64,000 bases of DNA from Candidatus Sulfotelmatobacter sp. (GCA_035622975.1 DASPUH010000133.1:966-64965), one strand, 5' to 3'. Counted from the first letter of the stretch, positions 1 to 9,627 are shown. Notes: generated by a model from the letters alone, not told the origin. Made by a program: numbers and translations.

Positions 1-66
1 GCCGCGTCCGGGCTGGTGTGACCGTGCGCACGGGGCCGGCGGCACGGTCTGCTGACGCGGGCGGCG

Positions 67-252
67 CTAGATCGGACTCTCTTCGACCAGAAGGATGAAG
101 GCCGAGGCGGCCAGCCACGAGAGCAGCACCAGTTCGATCGAGCCGGGATTGCCCAGGATGACGACCGCCACCAGGTAGACGGCCGCGCCGAGGACGGCGG
201 CCGCCAGGGCCTTCGAGAGGCGCAGGAGGAGCTCGCCGATCAGGTTGCTCAT
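67..252 (-). CDS. small hydrophobic membrane protein (61 aa), possibly YaaL/BofA-like, downstream of recR
   Basis: ORF 67..336 trimmed to the internal ATG at 250-252 (MSNLIGELLL...). Two predicted hydrophobic helices. Position after recR mirrors Firmicute yaaL/bofA synteny. No domain recognised. Confidence 0.35.
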   Translation of the reverse strand: MSNLIGELLLRLSKALAAAVLGAAVYLVAVVILGNPGSIELVLLSWLAASAFILLVEESPI

Positions 253-268
253 GCGCCTTCCAGGATGC

Positions 269-922
269 TCACGGGCGGGCCGGCTCACGCTCCGCGTGCG
301 GCACCTCGTCCAGGACACGCCGCCCCTGCAGCGCACGCACGAGCGTCACTTCGTCCGCGTACTCCAGGTCGCCGCCGACCGGGATGCCGCGGGCGATGCG
401 CGTGACGGTGCCCACGAGCGGATCCAGCCGCTCGGCCAGGTACATCGCGGTCGCCTCGCCCTCGAGGGTCGGGTTCGTGGCCAGGATGACCTCCTCCCAC
501 GGCGTCCCGTCGGCCGCGGCGACCGTGGCCCGCTCGAGCAGCTCGTGGATGCGCAGGCGGTCGGGCCCGATGCCGTCCATCGGCGAGATGGCGCCCTGGA
601 GCACGTGGTAGAGGCCGCGATGCGCGCCGCTGCGCTCGATGGCCAGCACGTCCAAGGGCTCCTCCACCACGCAGATGCGGCCCTGGGCGCGCGACGAGTC
701 GAGGCAGATCGGGCAGCGCGGGCCGGCGCTGATGTTGAAGCAGACCTCGCAGAAGACGACCTCGTCGCGGACCGCGATGAGCGCCGCGGCGAGGGTGCGC
801 GCCTCGGCCTCGGGCGCCCGCAACAGGTGGTAGGTCAGGCGCTGGGCCGTCTTGGGGCCGATCCCGGGCAGGCGCGAGAAGGCCTCGATGAGGCGGGCGA
901 CGGGCTCGACGAGCGCGACCAC
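269..922 (-). CDS. recR: recombination protein RecR
   Basis: 217 aa. N-terminal HhH (GIGPKTAQRL), C4 zinc finger (CEVCFNISAGPRCPIC), Toprim region. Classic ybaB-recR pair. Confidence 0.92.
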   Translation of the reverse strand: MVALVEPVARLIEAFSRLPGIGPKTAQRLTYHLLRAPEAEARTLAAALIAVRDEVVFCEVCFNISAGPRCPICLDSSRAQGRICVVEEPLDVLAIERSGAHRGLYHVLQGAISPMDGIGPDRLRIHELLERATVAAADGTPWEEVILATNPTLEGEATAMYLAERLDPLVGTVTRIARGIPVGGDLEYADEVTLVRALQGRRVLDEVPHAEREPARP

Positions 923-929
923 CCCTGGA

Positions 930-1238
930 TCAGCCCAGGCCGGGGATGCGCAGGCCGCCGGTGATGGCCGCCATCTTCTGCTCGGCGACCTGGCGCGAGT
1001 TGCGCAGCGCCTCGTTGACGGCCGCGACGATGAGGTCCTGCAGCATTTCCACGTCCGATGGGTCGACGGCCGACGGATCGAGCGCCACGGACACGAGCTC
1101 CTGGTGGCCGGTGACGGTGGCCTTGACGGCCCCGCCGCCCGCGGTCCCTTCCATCGTCATCGTGCCCAGCTCTTCCTGCACGCGCGCCATCTGGGCCTGC
1201 ATCTGCTGGGCCATCCTGGCCAGGTTGCCCATGCTCAT
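930..1238 (-). CDS. ybaB: nucleoid-associated protein YbaB/EbfC
   Basis: 102 aa, MGNLARMAQQMQAQMARVQEEL... typical YbaB family. Sits between dnaX and recR. Confidence 0.88.
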   Translation of the reverse strand: MSMGNLARMAQQMQAQMARVQEELGTMTMEGTAGGGAVKATVTGHQELVSVALDPSAVDPSDVEMLQDLIVAAVNEALRNSRQVAEQKMAAITGGLRIPGLG

Positions 1239-1263
1239 GTGGTGGTGCTCCTATCGGTGGGGG

Positions 1264-2901
1264 TCAGCTGATCTCGGCCACGTCGGCCAGTTCGCCGGCG
1301 AAGATCTCCCGGAAGCGGGCCACGAGGTCGGGGTCGTCGGCCTTCACGGGCAGTGGCGGCAACGCCTCCAGGTTCGTCGTCACGCAGCGCACGCCATAGG
1401 CCCGCCCGAGGACGGCCTCGACGCCGGCTTCCAGGGCGGCCCGGCGCTGCTCGGCCTTCTCGCGATAGAACGGCGTCTCCTCGGGGAAGCCGAGGACCAC
1501 GATACCGTCGCGCACCTCCACGGGGCGGCAGGCCGCCACGACCGGCTTGAGCATGGGATTGGCGCTGACCCGCTCGACGAACTCGGGCCAGCCTTGGCGC
1601 AGGCGCTCCAGCGCCTCCTCGCCCGGAGCGGGTGCACTCGAAGCGGCCTGGGGTGCCGCGGCGAGCGGTGCCACGGCCACCGGCGCCGCCTTGGCCGTGG
1701 GGCCGGCCTTGGCAGGCGCGGCGGCGGCAGCCCTCGCCGGCTTCGGCGAGTCCGTCCTGGCGACGGGGGTCGTGACGGCGGAAGCGGCGACGGTCGCTTT
1801 TGCAGGCGCTGCGGCAGCCCCCGCTGGCACGACCGGCGCGTCGCCGCTCGACCCCTGTTCGAGCAGGATGAGCTCGAGCTGGAAGCGGTAGCCGCCGGCG
1901 CCGATGCGGTTGGCGTCGAGGGCCGCCAGCCGCCGCGCGATCTCGGCGATGCGCGTGGGCGCGACCGCCGCCAGCGTGGGGTCTTCCGTCGAGCGGCCGG
2001 CGAGGCGCTCCACGAGGAGTCGCCGCATGGCGACCACGACCTGGTCGGCGAAGCCGATGAGGTCGCGGCCCTGGGCTTCCAGGACGTCGAGCAACCGGAT
2101 GCCAGCCAGCGGATCGGGGCGGACGAGCGCCTCCACGAACGCGCGCACCGCCTGCTCATCCGCCAGGCCCAGCATGTCGCGCACGGCAGCGACGGTCAGC
2201 GTCTGGTCGTCGGCCGCGAGGAGCTGGTCCAGCATGGACTCGGCATCGCGCATGCCGCCCGCGGCGAGGTCTGCCACCAGGGCGACGGCGGCCGGCTCGG
2301 CGTTCCGCCCCTCGTCGGCCAGGATGCGCTCGAGCTTGCCCGAGATCTCCGCGACGGTCAGCGGCCGGAAGGTGAAGCGCTGGACTCGTGAGAGGACGGC
2401 CGGCCGGATCTTGCTGGGCTCGGTGGTGCAGAAGATGAAGAGGACGTCGTCGGGCGGGTCCTCCAGCGTGCGCAGGAGGACGTCCCAGCCCTGGGTGATG
2501 CGCTGGACCTCATCGATGATGAAGACCTTGCGGCGCAGGTCGGCTGTGGCCGTGTAGACCCGCGGCAGCAGCTCGCGCATGTCGTCGACGGTGTTGTTGG
2601 AGGCGGCGTCGATCTCCACCACGTCGAGGGCCCGGCCCTCGCGGATCGCGGCACAGGCCTCGCACGTGTCGTCCGGCTCGCCGTCGACGGCGTTCGGGCA
2701 GTTGACGGCCTTGGCCAGGATGCGCGCCATCGACGTCTTGCCCGTGCCACGCGGACCGACGAAGAGGAAGCCGTGGCTGAGCCGGTCCAGGCGAACGGCG
2801 TTGCGGAGCGTCTCGACGACCGCTGCCTGGCCCACCATCTGACCGAAGGTCTGGGCCCGCCAGCGGCGGTAGATGGCCAGGTGGGACGTCGCGCTGGGCA
2901 T
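1264..2901 (-). CDS. dnaX: DNA polymerase III subunit gamma/tau
   Basis: Walker A GPRGTGKTS, clamp-loader box motifs, Ala/Pro-rich tau linker. ORF 1264..3114 trimmed to ATG at 2899-2901 (MPSATSHLAIYRRW...). Confidence 0.9.
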   Translation of the reverse strand: MPSATSHLAIYRRWRAQTFGQMVGQAAVVETLRNAVRLDRLSHGFLFVGPRGTGKTSMARILAKAVNCPNAVDGEPDDTCEACAAIREGRALDVVEIDAASNNTVDDMRELLPRVYTATADLRRKVFIIDEVQRITQGWDVLLRTLEDPPDDVLFIFCTTEPSKIRPAVLSRVQRFTFRPLTVAEISGKLERILADEGRNAEPAAVALVADLAAGGMRDAESMLDQLLAADDQTLTVAAVRDMLGLADEQAVRAFVEALVRPDPLAGIRLLDVLEAQGRDLIGFADQVVVAMRRLLVERLAGRSTEDPTLAAVAPTRIAEIARRLAALDANRIGAGGYRFQLELILLEQGSSGDAPVVPAGAAAAPAKATVAASAVTTPVARTDSPKPARAAAAAPAKAGPTAKAAPVAVAPLAAAPQAASSAPAPGEEALERLRQGWPEFVERVSANPMLKPVVAACRPVEVRDGIVVLGFPEETPFYREKAEQRRAALEAGVEAVLGRAYGVRCVTTNLEALPPLPVKADDPDLVARFREIFAGELADVAEIS

Positions 2902-2997
2902 CCTCGGATGATACGGCCGGGCGCGCCGCGACCGGGCGGGAGGGTTGCCGTGCACCCTCCGTCGACCACGACGTCCGCGTGCCCACACGGGAGATCG

Positions 2998-3104
2998 GCT
3001 CGGATCAGGCCGGTCCGCGGCACCCGGCGAGCAGCGCTTATCGCTGCTTCCTTCCGGACCTGACGAGGTTCGCGCGTCGCCGCTGCGCGGGACCCGATCC
3101 TCAA
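2998..3104 (-). ncRNA. ffs: signal recognition particle RNA (4.5S/ffs-type, small)
   Basis: Minus strand carries the invariant domain IV motif GUCAGGUCCGGAAGGAAGCAGC (plus 3041-3062). A closing helix joins GGAUCGGGUCC with GGACCGGCCUGAUCC. Located immediately upstream of dnaX, the conserved position. Confidence 0.7.
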
Positions 3105-3231
3105 CGTCGATCACCCCGGCGGCATCCGCGAACGCGGGCCTCGGGAGGGGATTCAGTCCTGCTGGAGCGGATTGCAGGTACAGGGCACCGCTAGTTCCCC
3201 ACCTAGCACGGCCCGCGGATGATAGTCCCTC

Positions 3232-3987
3232 TCAGGCCGGACCGAGCAGGTAGAAGGTCTCCGTCGGCCCCTTGCCCTTCAGCTCCACCGTCCCGCGCGG
3301 TTCGAGCCGGTACCGCCCGCCCAAGGCCTCGGCGACCTCGGCCGAGACGTGGATGCGACCCGGCTGAGCCGTCGCCTCCAGCCGGCTGGCGACGTTGACG
3401 CTGTCGCCCCACAGGTCGTAGGCGAACTTGCGCCGGCCGATGACCCCGGCCACGACCGGCCCGAGGTGGATGCCCACCCGCATCCGCCAGGCGCCCCCGG
3501 TCGCCTCGACGGCCCGCACCATGGCCAGCCCCACCGCGGCCGCCGCACCGCACGGATCGGCGTCCTGGGACCGCAGGCCGGCCGCCGCCATGTACGCGTC
3601 CCCGATGGTCTTGATCTTCTCCATGCCGTGCTCGGCACAGGCCGCGTCGAAGGCGGAGAAGAGCGCGTCCAGTCGGTCCACGAGCTCGGCCGGGGCAAGA
3701 CGGGCGGCGATGCCGGTGAAGCCGACCAGGTCGCTGAAGAGCACCGCCACCCGCTCGTGGCGGTCGGCGATGCGGGTCTCGCCGGCGTCGAGCCGGGCCA
3801 CGATGTCCTCCGGCAGGACGTTGAGCAGGAGCTCTCGCGAGCGGGCTCGTTCGGCCGCCAGGTCCGCCATCAGGCGGCCCTGGAGGCGCATGTTCGTGTC
3901 GCGGATCGACTCGACCTGGGCGAGCGTTTCCTCGAGCCGGCGGACGCGGCGGGCCAGCCGCGCGACCTCGCGGTCCGGATCAGTCAT
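3232..3987 (-). CDS. class III adenylate/guanylate cyclase with N-terminal coiled coil
   Basis: 251 aa. Cyclase homology domain motifs (FSDLVGFT, KTIGDAYMAA, GIHLGPVVAGVIG, YDLWGDSVNVASRLE). Start overlaps the stop of the upstream FIST gene by 8 nt. Confidence 0.82.
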   Translation of the reverse strand: MTDPDREVARLARRVRRLEETLAQVESIRDTNMRLQGRLMADLAAERARSRELLLNVLPEDIVARLDAGETRIADRHERVAVLFSDLVGFTGIAARLAPAELVDRLDALFSAFDAACAEHGMEKIKTIGDAYMAAAGLRSQDADPCGAAAAVGLAMVRAVEATGGAWRMRVGIHLGPVVAGVIGRRKFAYDLWGDSVNVASRLEATAQPGRIHVSAEVAEALGGRYRLEPRGTVELKGKGPTETFYLLGPA

Positions 3988-5140
3988 CCGCGCCGAGGAG
4001 CACCGTCACGAACGTCTCGTTGAGGAAGCGTGCTGCGTGCGACTGGTCGACCGGCGCGATCTCGCCGGAACAGTACATCCCGGCCACAGGCAGGTCGGGG
4101 GGGAGCTGGGAGCGGGCCTCGCCCAGCTCCTGGCCCGTGCGTGTACCGAGGAGGAACTTGCGCACGGCGCACGAGAAGATGAGCGCCGCGCTCGGGGTCC
4201 TTCCGTCCGGGAACGCCTCGGCTGCCCGGCGCACGGTATCGGCGGTAGCGGCCACGATCTCGTCACTCGTCGCGGTGGTCAACTGGACCGTCGCCCCGGT
4301 GGGCACCGCTCCCACGACTTCGAGCGCGCCGGTGCCCTGATCCTGGCCGAGGAGGACGCGGAGGTAGGGCGCGGAGGCGCCCGCCTCGCAGACGGCGAGC
4401 GGGTTCCCGAACGTGGCGGGGCCGGCGACGTCAAGGTACGCCGAGGTGAAGGCGGTCGCCGGATGCCCATCGATGTCCTCGATGCGGCCGCGAACGGCAC
4501 GCGTCACGACGCCGGTCGGCCCGACCGGTCGGAGCCCCGTGCCGACGGCCACGCTGAAGGCCAGCGGCCCGGACATGAGGAGGAGGGCGATGCCGTGCTG
4601 CTGGACCGCGTCATCGCACGCCTGGAACGCGGGGCCGGACGAACCCAGGGTCACCGCGCTCGACCCGCCACCGACGACGACCGTGCCGGCGGGCAGCGCT
4701 CCGCGCACGGCATCTAGGGCGAACTGACCCTCGAAGGCGTCGGAGACCATGAAGCAGAGGCGCGGCGGCAGGTCGGTCGCGGCGAGGACCTCTCCCGCCG
4801 CGCGTCGGCAGGCCGCTTCGACGTCCCCAGCCTCCCAGGTCGCTGCCGCGGCCGTGAACCGCACGGTATCGGACGCGAAGACCGCCAGGGTGACCGAATC
4901 CTCGCGGTAGCCGACCACGGACGACATCTCGGCGGATGAGCTCGAACCGATCAGCCGGATGCCCGGGAACGCCCCCCGCACTTCGCGCACCAGGGTCGGC
5001 TCGAAGGCGTCGAAGGTGGCGAACATCAGCCCGGCTCGCGCCGTCGCACCCCCGAGCTGCTCGCGGCACTGTTCGATCGCCGCCCGGATCGCTTCGACCC
5101 CATCGACGTCGTCACTCTGACCGACGGCCATACGCAGCAT
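3980..5140 (-). CDS. FIST-domain sensor protein (FIST N + FIST C)
   Basis: 386 aa with FIST-like architecture (Gly-rich ligand-binding regions, C-terminal CSGEIAP motif). Translationally coupled to the downstream cyclase. Confidence 0.7.
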   Translation of the reverse strand: MLRMAVGQSDDVDGVEAIRAAIEQCREQLGGATARAGLMFATFDAFEPTLVREVRGAFPGIRLIGSSSSAEMSSVVGYREDSVTLAVFASDTVRFTAAAATWEAGDVEAACRRAAGEVLAATDLPPRLCFMVSDAFEGQFALDAVRGALPAGTVVVGGGSSAVTLGSSGPAFQACDDAVQQHGIALLLMSGPLAFSVAVGTGLRPVGPTGVVTRAVRGRIEDIDGHPATAFTSAYLDVAGPATFGNPLAVCEAGASAPYLRVLLGQDQGTGALEVVGAVPTGATVQLTTATSDEIVAATADTVRRAAEAFPDGRTPSAALIFSCAVRKFLLGTRTGQELGEARSQLPPDLPVAGMYCSGEIAPVDQSHAARFLNETFVTVLLGADD

Positions 5141-5167
5141 GGGCGGATTGTGACCTACCGGACGGGC

Positions 5168-5255
5168 TGGCGGAGAGGGAGGGATTCGAACCCTCGATGG
5201 GTTGCCCCATACCGCATTTCCAGTGCGGCGCCCTCGGCCACTAGGCGACCTCTCC
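5168..5255 (-). tRNA. tRNA-Ser (anticodon GGA), type II with long variable arm
   Basis: Minus-strand read GGAGAGGTCGCCTAGTGGCCGAGGGCGCCGCACTGGAAATGCGG...GGTTCGAATCCCTCCCTCTCCGCCA. 7-bp acceptor stem, CCA encoded, anticodon loop CTGGAAA. Confidence 0.85.
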
Positions 5256-5269
5256 GGGGGCTCGTGGAG

Positions 5270-5356
<87 letters not shown>

Positions 5357-5416
5357 GCGCGAAAGGATAGCAAAGGGGGTTCCGTGCTCCGGCGCCTGGG
5401 CCGGCTGGCGGGACGT

Positions 5417-5890
5417 TCAGTGCGCCGCGCGCGCGACCCTGGCGGGCCCCCCGACGGGCGTGGCCCCGGCGATGAACTCGAGCGCATCGGCCCCCAGGAT
5501 GCCCGACACGACCGTCAGCCGGCGCGGCAGGGAGGCCGCATCAGCCACCTGCACGGCGCCTCCGGCGGCTCCGCCGATGCGGTCCGGCACGGCGTAGACC
5601 AGGCCGTCCACGTCGCAGGCCAGCAGCGCCCCGACGCACATCACGCACGGCTCCTGGACGCAGAAGATCGTGACGCCACGGAGGGAGGTCGTGCCGAGCC
5701 GGCTGGCCGCCTCGCGCAACGTCACCATCACGGCGTGGGCCGTCGGGTCGCCGCTCTGGCGGACCTGGGCATGGCCGCCGGCCACGAGGGCCTCGTCCAT
5801 GACGGCCACCGCACCCTGCGGCCCTTCGTCGGCGGCGACCGCGTCGCGGGCCTCGGCCAGGGCGGCGGTCATGAACAACTCATAGTTCAT
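5417..5890 (-). CDS. tadA: tRNA-specific adenosine deaminase TadA
   Basis: 157 aa. CMP/dCMP deaminase zinc motifs (HAE...PCVMCVGAL). Starts at ATG 5888-5890 (MNYELFMTAALAEAR). The rest of ORF 5417..7009 is antisense to pfk and was rejected. Confidence 0.85.
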   Translation of the reverse strand: MNYELFMTAALAEARDAVAADEGPQGAVAVMDEALVAGGHAQVRQSGDPTAHAVMVTLREAASRLGTTSLRGVTIFCVQEPCVMCVGALLACDVDGLVYAVPDRIGGAAGGAVQVADAASLPRRLTVVSGILGADALEFIAGATPVGGPARVARAAH

Positions 5891-5932
5891 CGCCGGGCAT
5901 CGTAGCATCGGCACCATGAGACTCGACCGACC

Positions 5933-7114
5933 ATGACCGAACGACAGCGCATCGGCATCCTGACCGGCGGCGGTGACGTCCCCGGCCTCAACGCGGTCAT
6001 CAAGAGCGTCACCTTCCGGGCCACCGAGATGGGCCACCAGGTCGTCGGCCTGCGCCGTGGCTGGCAGGGCCTGACCCACGTCCGGCCCGGCAGCCCGCGC
6101 GAGCATGACTACGCCATCCCCCTCGACCGCACGATCACGCGGGCCATCGACCGCACCGGCGGGACGATGCTCCACACCTCGCGCACCAACCCCACCCGGA
6201 TGGGACGTGACGCCCTGCCGCCGTGGCTCACCGGTGCGCAGCGCAAGGCCATGGCCACCGGCCCGGCGGCGTGGGACCTGACACCGCTCGTGCTCGACCA
6301 TATCGCCCAGCTGGGCCTGGACTGCCTGGTGGCGATCGGCGGCGATGACACGCTGAGCTACGCCGCACGGCTTCACGCCGAGGGCGTGCCGCTCCTGGCC
6401 ATCCCCAAGACGATGGACAACGACGTGCCGGGCACGGAGTACTGCATCGGCTTCTCCACGGCCGTCACGCGGGGCAAGGAGCTGATCAACCGGCAGCGCA
6501 CCACGCTGGGGTCGCACGAGCGGATCGGCGTGTTCCGCATCTTCGGGCGCGACGCCGGGTTCACCGCGCTCTACACGGCCTTCGTGACCTCCGCGCGGTG
6601 CCTCATCCCCGAGGCGCCGTTCGACCTGGACCGCCTGTGCCAGATCCTGGTGGAGGATCGCAAGGGCAACCCCAGTGGCTATGCCTTCGTCATCGCCGCC
6701 GAGGGCGCGACGTGGACGGGCGGCGTCCTGGAGGAGCTGGGGCCAGCCGACGCCTTCGGCCACCGCCACAAGGCCAGCGTGGCCGACGTCCTGGCCGCCG
6801 AGATCCGCGGGCGCACGGGCATCGAGACGGTCGCCAGCGAGCTGACCTACGACCTGCGCAGCGGTGAGCCCGATTCGCTCGACCAGCTGGTCGCCATGAC
6901 CTATGCCAACGTGGCCATGGACCTCCTGGCAGACGGCGTCACCGGCCGCATGATGGCGGTGCGGGAGGGGCGCTACTCCACGGCTTCCCTGCCCGGCCCG
7001 GACCAGCACCCGAGGCGCGTCGACGTCGCGGTGCAGTACAACGCCGAGCGGTTCCGGCCCGGCTACGACGGGCTGCTCGGCCGGCCCCTGCTGCTGGGCA
7101 CGCCGCTCGTCTGA
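5933..7114 (+). CDS. pfkA: 6-phosphofructokinase with PPi-dependent-type signatures (GGDD, PKTMDND)
   Basis: 393 aa PFK-A family. GILTGGGDVPGLNA and IGGDDTLSYA (Asp where ATP-PFKs have GGDGS). IPKTMDNDV (Lys where ATP-PFKs have Gly). Confidence 0.85.
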   Translation: MTERQRIGILTGGGDVPGLNAVIKSVTFRATEMGHQVVGLRRGWQGLTHVRPGSPREHDYAIPLDRTITRAIDRTGGTMLHTSRTNPTRMGRDALPPWLTGAQRKAMATGPAAWDLTPLVLDHIAQLGLDCLVAIGGDDTLSYAARLHAEGVPLLAIPKTMDNDVPGTEYCIGFSTAVTRGKELINRQRTTLGSHERIGVFRIFGRDAGFTALYTAFVTSARCLIPEAPFDLDRLCQILVEDRKGNPSGYAFVIAAEGATWTGGVLEELGPADAFGHRHKASVADVLAAEIRGRTGIETVASELTYDLRSGEPDSLDQLVAMTYANVAMDLLADGVTGRMMAVREGRYSTASLPGPDQHPRRVDVAVQYNAERFRPGYDGLLGRPLLLGTPLV

Positions 7115-7758
7115 GCCGCCGAACGGTCGCGCTGGGTCCGCATCGCGTCTGCCATCGCCGCCTTGCCGCTCGACTCCAGACCGGCGATGGCGCCGTCGAC
7201 GTCCTCCGCCGAGCGGTTCTGGCTGAGCTTGGACTTGCCTTCCAGGCGGGTGATATGGAGCTCCACCCCCACGATCGCCCGCAGCTGCCCGGCGAGATAG
7301 GCGGCCGGCGCGTCATCGACCGACCAGCGATCCGGCCGGCCCGCCTCGTGGTGCTCGGTCAGCCGGCGCACGAGGGCCTCCACCCAGACGGGGTCGTCAT
7401 GGACGACGAGGCGGCCGTACACGTGGGCCGTGATGTAGTTCCACGTGGGCACCACCCGGCCGTGCTCGCGCTTGGTGGCGTACCACGCCGGACTGATGTA
7501 GGCATCCGGGCCGCGGACGATGACCAGCGCGTCGCCCACCGCCGGCTCACGCCACTGGTCGTTGTTGCGGGCCACGTGACCCAGGAGCACGCCGTGCTCG
7601 CCCGCGTCCGGCCGGCTGCCCGGCGCGTCGTAGACGAAGGGCAGCATCGTGGCCAGCATGCCCCGCGCGGTGACCGTGATGAGATCGGCCGCGCCGTGGT
7701 TGGCCAGCAGCTCCCGCACCTGGTCGGCGTCAGGCTTGAAGTGGGCCGGGACGTACAC
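7063..7758 (-). CDS. FMN-binding negative transcriptional regulator, PaiB family
   Basis: 231 aa, PaiB-like split-barrel (HFKPDADQVRELL...GHVARNN...PTWNY). The 3' end overlaps pfk convergently, so the true stop/start may differ. Confidence 0.65.
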   Translation of the reverse strand: MYVPAHFKPDADQVRELLANHGAADLITVTARGMLATMLPFVYDAPGSRPDAGEHGVLLGHVARNNDQWREPAVGDALVIVRGPDAYISPAWYATKREHGRVVPTWNYITAHVYGRLVVHDDPVWVEALVRRLTEHHEAGRPDRWSVDDAPAAYLAGQLRAIVGVELHITRLEGKSKLSQNRSAEDVDGAIAGLESSGKAAMADAMRTQRDRSAAQTSGVPSSRGRPSSPS

Positions 7759-7784
7759 GTGGGCGCCCTAGCCGCAGGTGCGCG

Positions 7785-8243
7785 TCATCGCCGTGCGTCG
7801 GCGGCGACTTCGCGGTCCAGGAGCCGGGCGAAGCGCTCGGCCGGCGAGAGGCGGCAGAGGGTCGCCGCTTCGCGGGTGTAGGCCGCGAAGAGCGGGACGT
7901 CGATGTCCTCTGGCGCGTCCGCCGTCAGCCAGCGGGCCTGCTTGGTGATGCCCTCACCGCTCATCCGACCCTCGTGATCGTCGAGCAGGACGCCCTTGGG
8001 GAAGCCCAGGTGGACATGGACCCGCTCCGGCATGACCCAGGCGAAGAAGACGGTCCGCCTTCGCGCGACCGGCAGGTCGTAGCCGATGATCCGCCAGCCC
8101 GGGCGCACCCGTTCGGTGGCCTCGGGCACGGCCTCGCGGACGATGCGGCGCAGGCGCCCGGCCAGGTCGGCCATGGGCGGCGGGTAGTCGGCCAGGAGCG
8201 CCTCCGGCGGGATCTGGTCGATGACGGTGCTGGTCGGCGCCAT
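7785..8243 (-). CDS. DUF1801 (YdhG-like) domain protein
   Basis: 152 aa. Weak similarity by eye to DUF1801 family proteins. Confidence 0.45.
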   Translation of the reverse strand: MAPTSTVIDQIPPEALLADYPPPMADLAGRLRRIVREAVPEATERVRPGWRIIGYDLPVARRRTVFFAWVMPERVHVHLGFPKGVLLDDHEGRMSGEGITKQARWLTADAPEDIDVPLFAAYTREAATLCRLSPAERFARLLDREVAADARR

Positions 8244-8268
8244 CGACGGAAGGTAGCACCACCCGCTG

Positions 8269-9627
8269 TCAAGGCGTGTCAGGCATGGCGATCCTTAACC
8301 GTTCCCGTGCGGCCGGGAGCGCAAGTTCGTCCGTCCAGCGCGCCAGCCCCACGAACGCCAGGGCCACGAGCCCGAGGATGGCGGCACAGCCAAGCCAGAG
8401 CATCGCGGCCTGACCCGCGTCCAGGATGGCGCCGGCGACCGGCGGCCCCACCGCCGAGCCGAGCCCCGTCGCGGCCTGGGCCAGCCCCTGGAACGCCCCG
8501 CGACGATGGACGGGCGCCAGGTCCGACACGAAGGCCGGCACGATCGGCATCAGGATGAGCTCGCCCAGCGTCACCAGCACGATCGTGGCCGCCAGGCCGG
8601 GCAGGGCCGACGCGGAGGACAGGAACGCGACCAGGCCCAGCCCGGCCATGTACAGCACCAGCGACAGGGCGATGAGGCGCGGCTTGGAGCGGCCCTCGAA
8701 CGAGCGCGCGACGCGCATCTGGAAGACCACGATGAGCAGGCCGTTGAGGCCGAACAACAGGCCCCACAGCGGGATCGGCAGGCCCAGGGCGCCGGCGGCG
8801 TAGATGGGCAGCGTCGTCACCCACAGGAAGGCCAACGCCTCGGTGAGGGCCAGCAGGGGCAGAAAGGCGATGAAGACGCGCAGGCGGGCCGGGTCGATCG
8901 CCTCGTCCGGACCGTCCCGGGGAAGCCTCCCCCCGCCGGCGGACGGCGGCGCGGTGCTGACCCCGGTCCGCTCATCGTTCGGAGTGGCGGCGGCCCCGCC
9001 GCGCGCGGGGTGCGTCTCCGGCAGCCAGCGGCCGGCGATGACCACGTACGCCCCGATGAGGAGGCCGCTGACGGCGAAGAGGAGCGGGTAGCCCAGGGTC
9101 GACAGCCCCGCCCCGATGACCGGTCCGGCGATCCAGCCCACGGCGTTGGCCACAGCCAGCAGCCCGAAGACCCGCGGTCGGCGCTCCTCCTCCACCGTGT
9201 CGGCCACCGCTGCTCGCGCGGCCGGCACGAAGGCGGGATCGATGCACCCCAGCAGCAGCATCACCAGGCCGACCTGCCACGCCTGGGTGACGAAGGCCAT
9301 GGAGAAGACCAGGACGGTCGAGCAGGAGACCGAACCGATCAGCACGGGGCGTCGCCCGATCCGGTCGGCCAGCCAGCCGCCCACGATGCCCGAGACGATC
9401 GAGCACAGCGAGTAGGCCGCGATCACCAGCCCCGCCTCGGCCGCGCTGGCTTTGAGGGTCTGGACGAGGTAGATGGTCAGGAATGGGAAGAAGAGGCTGA
9501 AGCCGAAGCTCGCCACGAGGTCGCCGACGGCCAGCACGAGCACCACGCGCGGGTACTCGCCTCGCAGCGCCACGAGGCCGCGCAACGGCCAGTGGCGGCC
9601 CAGCCGGGCTCCTCTATCCGCGGACAC
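8269..9627 (-). CDS. MFS transporter
   Basis: 452 aa, about 12 predicted TM helices. MFS signature GWLADRIGRRPVL between TM2 and TM3. Confidence 0.8.
   Translation of the reverse strand: MSADRGARLGRHWPLRGLVALRGEYPRVVLVLAVGDLVASFGFSLFFPFLTIYLVQTLKASAAEAGLVIAAYSLCSIVSGIVGGWLADRIGRRPVLIGSVSCSTVLVFSMAFVTQAWQVGLVMLLLGCIDPAFVPAARAAVADTVEEERRPRVFGLLAVANAVGWIAGPVIGAGLSTLGYPLLFAVSGLLIGAYVVIAGRWLPETHPARGGAAATPNDERTGVSTAPPSAGGGRLPRDGPDEAIDPARLRVFIAFLPLLALTEALAFLWVTTLPIYAAGALGLPIPLWGLLFGLNGLLIVVFQMRVARSFEGRSKPRLIALSLVLYMAGLGLVAFLSSASALPGLAATIVLVTLGELILMPIVPAFVSDLAPVHRRGAFQGLAQAATGLGSAVGPPVAGAILDAGQAAMLWLGCAAILGLVALAFVGLARWTDELALPAARERLRIAMPDTP

Noticed and set aside
5891-7009. N-terminal 370 aa of the 530-aa minus-strand ORF 5417..7009
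   Set aside because: Only the last 157 codons (from ATG 5890) match TadA. The upstream part is antisense to the PFK gene and Arg/Gly-rich.
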